Below, piece after piece: positions 17,583 through 26,500 of a stretch of DNA of 56,527 bases. The notes under the pieces were generated by a model. The model was not told the DNA's origin and made no database searches. It saw only the letters and a program-made list of their open reading frames with translations. Every line of letters begins with the position of its first letter. Within the stretch, counting starts at the first letter, position 1. The stretch comes from a virus (Duplodnaviria; Caudoviricetes). The DNA lies in the IMG/VR virus record IMGVR_UViG_3300003888_000070, positions 1-56,527 of that record; one strand, written 5' to 3'. Both the position numbers and the translations under genes were made by a program.

Positions 17583-20500
17583 CTACTCCCCGTTTGCCGC
17601 CAGAGCGCCCCAGACCCGTGCCGCCCGGTCCATTTCCCGCTTCTCCCGCTCCCGCAAAATCTCCATGCGCCGGGCCTTCACAACGTCATTCAGGCGCAGC
17701 CTGCGCAGTTCGGCCATGTCTGCATGGATCGACTGCACCCGGCCGACCAGGGCGCGCAGCCGCGGCAGCCGCATTTCGCTGCGCACAGCCATGGCACCTT
17801 TCATATCCCCGGCATCGCGCAAGGCGTCATAGCGCCCCTTGGCGTCCAGATAGGTGCGCCGCAGCTCGTAATAGGGGTGGGACAAGCCTTCGATGTCCCC
17901 GGCGTCCACAGCGTCAACGACTGGGGCGGCCACTGTTTGGCCGCCTAAGCGCGCCTGCTCCCGCTTGGTGGGCCGGGACAGCCGTTCGGTCTGGCGGAGC
18001 AAGGATTCCCTGGTAATGGGCGCAACCCGGCCGGCCAGCCCGGCTTCGGCCACGTCCTGGTTGTAGTCGGCCACGGCTTCGACCAGGGCCTGCCGTTCGC
18101 CGGCATCCCGGCCGCCATCCAGGGCAAAGGCCCGGAACCGGGCATAGAGCCTATCCCGGCGGTCGCCAAAGCGCCTTTCCTCGGTGATGGCCTCGCTGGT
18201 GCGGTCCCTGGCCCGGGCCTCGCGAAGCGGCCGGAACCCCAGCGCCTTGGCCACGGATTCGCCGGCCGTGGGCCGAAGCGGCTTCCCATCCTCGCCGATG
18301 ACCGGATAGTTCTTGCCCGTGGTCACACCCTGGTTCGATTCGCGCACAGCCTGGAGGAACTTGGATACGCCTGACGGCAAGGCCTTTTCCGCCGCCCGCC
18401 CGGGCTGGCCGCCGGCCAGATAGCCCACGGCCGAAAGCACGTCCTTGGCCATGCCGCCCACGGGGCCAAGCACGTCGGTCCAGGTATCCGGCATGTCGAT
18501 CATGGTCCCCAGGCTGCCGGACAGGTCCGCGCCGGTAGCCAGCCCCAGCAGGCCGAACCGGGCTAGGTCTTCGGCCCCGCCACCGAGGTTTTTGACCAGG
18601 AAATCGTACACCCACCTTTCCGGGTCATCGTCGCCGCCGCCGGCCGCAACCAGCGCCTTGGCCAGCGACGTCAGCACATGTCCGCCAAGCCCGCCCAGAA
18701 CAGCCGGCGCAGCCAAAGCGAACGTGGCCGCCTGCCAATCCTTCCTGGCAAACAGCTCATGTACGAGTTGCAAATAGTTGTGGCCGTACTTTTTGTAGAC
18801 GTACCACGCCTGCCCGACCCGCGCCCCGGCCCCGGTCCCCCAGGTCCAGGTGGGTTGGGTGGCCCGGTCGTAGACGCCGTGCGCCCGGTCCGACGCCTCC
18901 CTGGCCCGGGCCACGGCCGTGGCATGGCCGGCCCCGCCGGCCCCGCCGGCCCGGGCCAGCCGGTAGCCGGCCAACAGCGTCGCCCCCCGGTTTAGCTGTT
19001 CCGTGGCCCCGAAAAGGAGCATGGATTTGCCCATCAGCCAGGACCAGCCCCGGCCGGCCGTGTCGCGGTAGACGCTCAAGGCCTCCCGGGCAAACTGCGG
19101 ATCATCCAGGGATTCCCGCCGGATTTCGTCCAGGAGCTGCTGTTCATCCGCCGTAAACCGGCCCCATTTGCCGGTCATGCGGCCCAGGTAATCGACCATG
19201 CTCCGGGCAATCTCGCGCCCGACCCGCGCCCAGCCGCCCTTGCCCTGCATGGCATAGGCATGGAGCGCCGCCGGCACCGACGTGGCCATGCTGCTCAGGT
19301 TGACGAGCGCACTCTTGGGATTGAGGCCCAGGTATTTGAGCGACGCCACCGACTTGGCCAGGGCAAACACCCGGTCCCCGGACTCGGCGTTGCGCAGGTT
19401 CTCGGCCAGATAGTCCACAGCCAGCCGGTACGTGTCGCGCTCCTTTTTGATGTCCAGGCCCGGCGTCTCGGCAGTGCCGAAAAGCACCTTGGCCGCCTTC
19501 TCTGCCGCCTCCATCTTGGCCAGCCCATAGGCCGTGGACCCGGCATAGCGGGCAAAACGTTCCACCGCGTCCTTGAAATAGCCCTGCACCACGTCGCCGT
19601 GCCGGCCGCTGCGCCGAATGGACTGCGACCGGAAGCCCCGAGCCTTCACCTCGTCAGCCAGGTTCTCCAGGATCTCGCCCACCAGCCCGGCGTCCACATC
19701 CTCGCCCACCTGGTTGACCGCCGACTCGACCGTCTTGGCCAGCTCCAGGGTCTTGATAAGCCCCTGTGTCGCCTCGGGCAGCTTGTCCAGTTTGCCCACC
19801 GGCTCCATGTCCCAGCCGTCCCGGGCCATCGTGGTGCGCAGCTTTTCAGCCGACTTGCGCCATTCCTTGTGGGCCCGGAACCGCTCCACCGTCCCGTCCG
19901 CAGCCGTGCGCTGGCCGCGCACCACATAGTCCCCGGCCTCGCGCAGACGCGGCGCATAAAAGCCCCGCAACTGGCCCATCTTCTCCACCATTTCGGCAAA
20001 GGAAAACGCCGTGCCGTTTTCGTCGTGGAGCTTCACATCCGAAAGCTGGCCCTTGATGGTCACCCCGGCCTTGCGGGCAGCGGCCACCACGCCTTTCACT
20101 TCGTCGGCGTAAGGAGCCAGTTCGTCGGCCAGGGTCTTGTCGGTGTTGTAGCCGGCCGCATCGAAAGCCTTGGCCGCATCGGCCGGGATGCCGGCGTCAA
20201 TCAACCGGCGCACGATCTTGCGCTCATAGCCGCTACGCGCCTTGTCGATGAGCTTGCGATAAGAGGCCAGCCGCTCATCCAGCAGCATGTCGTAGCGTTC
20301 GCGCATGGTGCGCCACAGGCCGATGGTGGCCTCGTTGGCCCCATGCTCGGCAAACCACGTCTCCATGGCCTCCGGCCCGACCTCGTTGACGTCGGCGTAG
20401 TCCACGCCCTCGTTGAGGATGTCGCGTTGTTTCTGGTCCTTGAGGACGACTTTGGCTTCCTGGTTGATGGTGCGCCCGTCGCCCAGGTCAAAGGCCTGGT

Positions 20501-23500
20501 GCAGCAGTTCATGGGCGCGGTCGGTGCGGCCCCGGAACGTCTCGTACAGGCGCTTGAGCACCGGATGCTGCCAGTATTCCGGCGACCGCACCATCTTGCC
20601 CAGCACCCCGGTTTCCGACAGACCATGTACCCCGGCCAGGATGGAGCGGACATTGGCCGAGGCCTCGTCTTTGAGCCAGGTGGCCACGTCGCGCTTTTCT
20701 TCCGGGACGCCGGCCAGATCGCCGGTGCGGGCGAAGCGGGGGCCACTTCCTTTCTGGGGCAGCCCCTGTTCGTACTTGACGAGATCAACTTCCGTGAATA
20801 TCTTTCTCTTGTCCCTGGTTGGCATCTCTGTGGGCAATTGCAGCCCGAAAGATCTCTGCCAACCAGGGACTTTCGTTTTATCCCTGTAGAGTAACCCACC
20901 ATCACGAATCTGGTTTGATACCCACTGCGGCTGTGTCCCCCGGGCATGGACGCTTGCGACCTCGTTGATCTCCGCACGCCCTTCCCGAACATTCAGATGT
21001 ACTGCTGCGACCAGGAATGAACCCTGATGCGGCAACTCCGTCACCAGCACCAGACTATCGGCCCAGGTGGCAGACTTCAGGACAACGACAGGTCGCTCCA
21101 ACGCTTGCGGCAACTGTTTCAGCACTTCCGGTGAAACCCCGTGCTTCCCGCCTGCATCCGCCCCCTTCAATATTTTATTCGCTTTCGACTGGGTCATTTG
21201 CAGGGGCAGATCATGTCCGCCAAGCAGCCCGATCACCGGCGGTGTTCCGCCAAGGTCGAGACGCTCGTGGGGATGAAACCGATTGCCCAGGAAATCATCC
21301 ACCTGCTGCGCCCAGGAAGCCCCTTCCCCGCGTGAAAACGCCGGCGCGACGTTCAGCGGCTGCCCCAGCGGCGCAATGAAATCCAGCCCCTTGCCGTCCA
21401 CAAAGTCATCGGCCTGGGCGAGCAGCTGCCGCAACTCGGCCCGGGTTAATTCCAGCGTCGGAAAGATTGAGCGCACCCAGGCGGCGATTTTGGACAGCAG
21501 CCGGTCCAAGGCGCGATGCACCGTGCCGTCCTTGGCCCAGGACACCAGGATTTCCTCGGCTGCCTCAGCCCGGGTTTGCCGGGTGGAGTCCAGACCGTGG
21601 CGCGTGAGCCAGCGCGACACCTCCCGGGGCATGGCCTGGGCCGCCTTGCGCATGTACTCCTCGCGCTCCTGGGAGCCGCCCAGTACCCGATCCAGCCCGG
21701 CATGGCGGCCTTCGTGCCGCAACAGCGTCTGCACGAACGCCGCCTGCCCTGCCTTGACCGTGGGGATGTTCCCGGCCACCAGGGCAATGCGCTTCGTCTC
21801 GGCGTCATAGGCCCCGTGGAACCGCCCGGACACCCCGGCATCCTCCACTGCCTCGCGCAGATCCGCCGGCATGTCGGCCTCGGACTGGTACACGTCCACG
21901 ATGCCCCGCAAGGCCGGAAACTGCGCCACCCCCCGGCGCAGTTCGGCCGCCACTGCCCGAGCAATCGGGGAAGACACGGGAGGCGTTGGGCCGTTGCCAC
22001 GCCGATAGAGCGGCTGGCCTTTCATGGCCGTCCGCTTCATGGCATCGGTCAGGTCGAAGGACCAGACTTCTGGGCCGCGCAATTCCTGGAGTGCCTGCTG
22101 CGCCTTGGCTTCCGTCCCGAACGGCCCGGCTACGTCTCGGCCGTCCTGGCCTCCCTGGCTGAAATCAGAGACAAACCACTGGCTGCCGTCCGTGCCCTGC
22201 ACCACTTCATAGACCCCAGGCAGCCTCGCTGTTTCAACCTTCCCACCAAACTGCTTGATATACTTGGCGACTTCCTTGGGCAAAATCTGGTCGTAGAAGC
22301 CACGCATCCCTTCGCCGCCGACCTTGAGGTCCAGGCCGGAAAGCGCCTTCCAATCTCGATACGGTGACCTGTTGGTGGGGCGGCCTTCATCACGTTGTAT
22401 TTTGTCCGCGACCTCTTTGCCGGCGAGTTCCTCAATACGGGAAAGTGGAATCTCATCTTCGTGGACGACTTCGATGCCAGTCCTGTCGTAGGCAATAAAT
22501 TCGTACTCCCCAGTCGGATTGCCGCTGTCTTCGTCATAGACCGCCTCGTATTCGACGCGATCAAGCTGCTTCGACAAGTCATACCGCGCCGCCTGCATCT
22601 CTCCAGGGGTCCAGGACACTCGATCAAAGCCCTTTTCGGCGGCGTAACGGATCATGCGCTTCATGGCCAACATGGCCCAAGAGGAGGTGTTCTTGAATGG
22701 AGCGTCGGGGACGCCAGTGTCTACGGCAGTCCCCCGATTCTGATCTGCATCTGCGAGAGCCTCTTCGCGCGTGTCCCCAAAGCCGATGGCGTCGCCGTTA
22801 GCGTTTCGAATCTCCCAGGCAGGGCCGCTTTTGGTTTGAATCTCGTTGACCGTCTCCTCGCCACGATACCCTTTTCTCTTCCCCTCCTGATGCCAGTCGC
22901 TTTGAATCTCCTCGATATGCAGGACGCGTTTACCGTCGTGGTCGACTCGCTCGTTGAAGCGGATGTGGGCAAGAACACCTTCCTCGTCCCAATGCTCAGT
23001 TGCGTATGCTCCATCAGGGAGTGTAAGCAATAACTCCTTGTATTTATTGCCACCTGGACTTTGATAATTGGAATACTGAGTCTTTCCGTTGCCACCTGAC
23101 ACCTGGGAGGCAAGGACATCGCTTTCAAGAAGCCCCTCAATCTTTTCTTCACGACTCAAAACATCAAAGTAGGCCGGGTCTACGCCTGGGAAATAACGAT
23201 CAATCCAGTCTGGCGTATCAATGATATATTCGGCACGTCGCCGCATCGCATCTTCAATAGTTTTGTCCTCTGGTGAAACGTCCTTCACTACCTCCACCAC
23301 ATCAATTTGCCGCGTCGCGATTTCATCCAGCACGTCCTGGCGCGTAACCAGCCGTTCCTGCAGCCCGGACAGCCAGGACTTTAATCCAGACTCTTCCAGC
23401 TCCACGCCCTTGAACTTGCCGACGTGCTTTTCGATGGCCGCCAGCATTTTTTCGGCCGGCGCGGATTTGGGCAGCATTCCCGGCATCTCCAGGACGCGCT

Positions 23501-26500
23501 GCATCTGGGAATAAAAAACCGGGGCCACGGTACCATCTGTGGAGGAAGAAACGGCAGAAAACTCGCCGCTCCGGCTGAACATGGCCACGCCCCGGCCCGT
23601 CTCCTTCGTCTTGACCGTCTGGAAGAACTTGTCGAAAGCGGCGTTGATGGCTTCGCGTTCCGCCCCTTCAGGGAACGGCCGGACGTTGAACAGCCGGTAT
23701 TCCAGCATGGCGTTGTTCGCACCATAGACAAGGAAATCGCTGCGGCCGCCGTCCTGCGCCACCCTATCTTCCACGTAAGAGGAAAACGCCCGGGCGGCCA
23801 ACTCGTGGGGTTCGCTCCAGTAATCCGACGTCCTGCCCTGGTCCATGAGATAGGCGGCGCGCCGGTATTCCGTGGGAATCTGCTTGGTCTTTTCCGTCTT
23901 ACTCCTGGCGTCTTCCAGCATCTTCGCTCGCCTGGCGAAGTCCTGGACATTGGCCGCCAGCGAGTTGAAGGGGCCTGTCCGTTCCGCATTGAATCCGCTA
24001 CGGCCGCGAACCTCCTTGTAGATCGCCGCAAGGCCGTCGAGAATGTCGTTGCTGGAGCGGTAGGAGCCAAACCGGCTGCGCTGCCGCCCCCCGGCCTCAT
24101 TGCTGCGCATCTCCAGGGCCAGATTGTCGCCGCTTAAAAGCTGTTCCGCCAGGGCGTCAAACCGCGCCAACTGCTCGGCCGTGGCCGGTGCGCGCTTCCT
24201 TCCCCACTGTGCTTCCTCGGCGAGGCCAGCGCGGATGTCCTTCAGACTCCGTTCCAGATAGCCCCGGGCGCGACGAACAAACTGCTCGGCCTTTTCCGTG
24301 TCTTCCTTGTACTGTTCCGCCTTGTAGGCGATGTCGCCAAGCAGCTTTTCATAGGCCCCCCGCAACGCTTCGCGCACCTGGGACTTGCGGCTTGCCCCGT
24401 GGCTCAAATAGTCCCGCGAAGGGGCATCACTGGCGGCGAAAACCTGATCGCCGCGCTTGTTCTCCACCTTCTCCGACGATGCCTTTGTATCCTGCCGCCC
24501 GAGGTAGTGATCCAGCGCATGGTACCACTCATGGGCTAGGGAGCCGGCCCCGGTCAGCTTAGTCAGGTTGATGACGCCGTAATCCCGCTCGTAATGGGCT
24601 TTGGCGCTGGAAAGGCCCCGCCCGCGTGAGCCAAAGGCCAGGGCCAGATCACCATTAAGGGAAAGCGCTTTAGGTGGAATATTGAGGATTTCGGCCAGAT
24701 CAAGCAGACCGTCATAAGCATGGTTGAGCACTTCCTGCCGCTCGGCCTGGTCGTTCCACTCCCCGAATTCCACGCCACGGAAGCCAAAGGCATCCAGGAA
24801 ATCCTGGCCCTTCGCCGGCCCCTCGCGCCGGGGCGCACCCTTCCGAAATACCTTTTCCGGTCTGGCCAGGATCTCCTCGCCAAACCCGGTCTTGGTGTTG
24901 AGGATGTCTTCGGCATGTTCGGCCATGTACCGCTTGGCGTCTTCCTCCGTGGCGAAGCCGTCCTTGATGACCACGGTCTTTCTGTCCGTGACCTTTCGAT
25001 AAATCTCCCAGGCGTCGCCGCGCTTCGTGACCCGGTGCTTTAAGGATACGGCAGCCAGCGGGATGGCCGCTTCGGCTTCCTCCTTGGAGTCGAACTTGAA
25101 CCGCCCGGTGCGCAGCGTGCCCTTCTGGTCGGCAATGGACCAATAGGTTTTGTCCTCGCCGGAGCGGAACCCGGTTTCACTGACCTGGACAGCCACGAAC
25201 CGCTTTTTCCAAGCGGGCACGGAGTCGTCTTTCCCAGGCAAACGGACGCGAGGGCCGGTCGGCGCAGCCGTATCCTTGCGGGAGCCGCCAATCTTCTCCC
25301 CAAGGGCGAGACCGATCTTTTCGCTTGGCTCCGGGGTCGCCGCACCAGCAGCTTCTTCAGGCCGACTTTCGGCGGCAGAGGACTCGTTCTGTTCAACTGC
25401 CGGCGACGGCTCGATAGCAGCCCCAGCGTCCCCGGGCAGCACGGCGGCCTGATCCTGGACACCACCTTGCACTTCGCCGGCGGCCACGCCTTCGGCCTTG
25501 CCCACCTTAGCCGGCTGTTCGGCCTCGCCGACTACCGCGTCATACGCCGCGCGCAGCTTCAGTTCCGGCGTATCGAAAATCGCTTCCAGAAACCCCAGCC
25601 GCGACTTCCGGCCCGGCTTGACGCCAAGGGCCTTGCCCAGGGCGTTTTGCTGGTCAGGGGTCAAAGCCTGCAACGCCTGCCCGCGTGTGGCGGCGTTCAT
25701 GGGATGCGGCGGTTCCGGCGGCCGTCGCGCAGCAGCGACTGCTTCCGCCGGGGTGTTGCCGCTGTACTGCGAAATCTGGTGCTCATCCGAACCGGCAAGA
25801 GCGTTTAGAACGGCATAGCGCGGCGGCATCCCCTGGCCCATGACGTTGATGGTTTTGACGCCTTCGTGCTCAACAACAGGCACCTCCCGCAATGTGTCGC
25901 CGGACCAGACCTTGGCCGTCTGCGGTGCGCCAACGGCACCGGGCTGCTCCTGCCCCGGCCCGGCCGCCGCCTGCCGCGCCTGCTCGATCCGTCCCACCAG
26001 ATCGTCCCGGCGAATCGCCACCGGCCGCTCGATGCCAAGCGACGTGGCCAACGCATTGAGTTCCTTCTTGCTCCTGGCCTTGAGGTCTTCGGCCGCCGGG
26101 GCGGCTTGCGCTCCCTGGATATCGGCTTGGGGCTGCCCAGTATCGACTGGGGGGTATCCAGCGACGTCCCGGGCCTGTCCAGCAACGTCCTGCCCCGCCG
26201 CCTGCCGTGCCTGCTCGATCCGTCCCACCAGATCGTCCCGGCGAATCGCCACCGGCCGCTCGATGCCAAGCGTTGTGGCCAGCGCATTGAGTTCCTTCTT
26301 GCTCCGGGCCTTGAGGTCTTCGGCCGCCGGGGCGGCTTGCGCTCCCTGGATATCGGCTTGGGGCTGTCCAGTATCGACAGAGGGGTATCCAGCGACGTCC
26401 CGGACCTGTCCAGCAACGTCTCCTGCCGGCTTTTCTCCCACTGCCAAAAGCGGCACTTCGCCGGTCGGCAGCACCCCGGCCGGGGACTGCTCCACCAGGG

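Noticed and set aside
15650-17600. Conventional CRISPR array or cas operon near the RAMP gene
   Set aside because: No 25-45 bp repeats with spacers and no cas1/3/5/6/8/10-like ORFs seen
18925-18960. 9-bp GC repeat encoding AGGAGGAG
   Set aside because: Short slippage repeat in coding sequence
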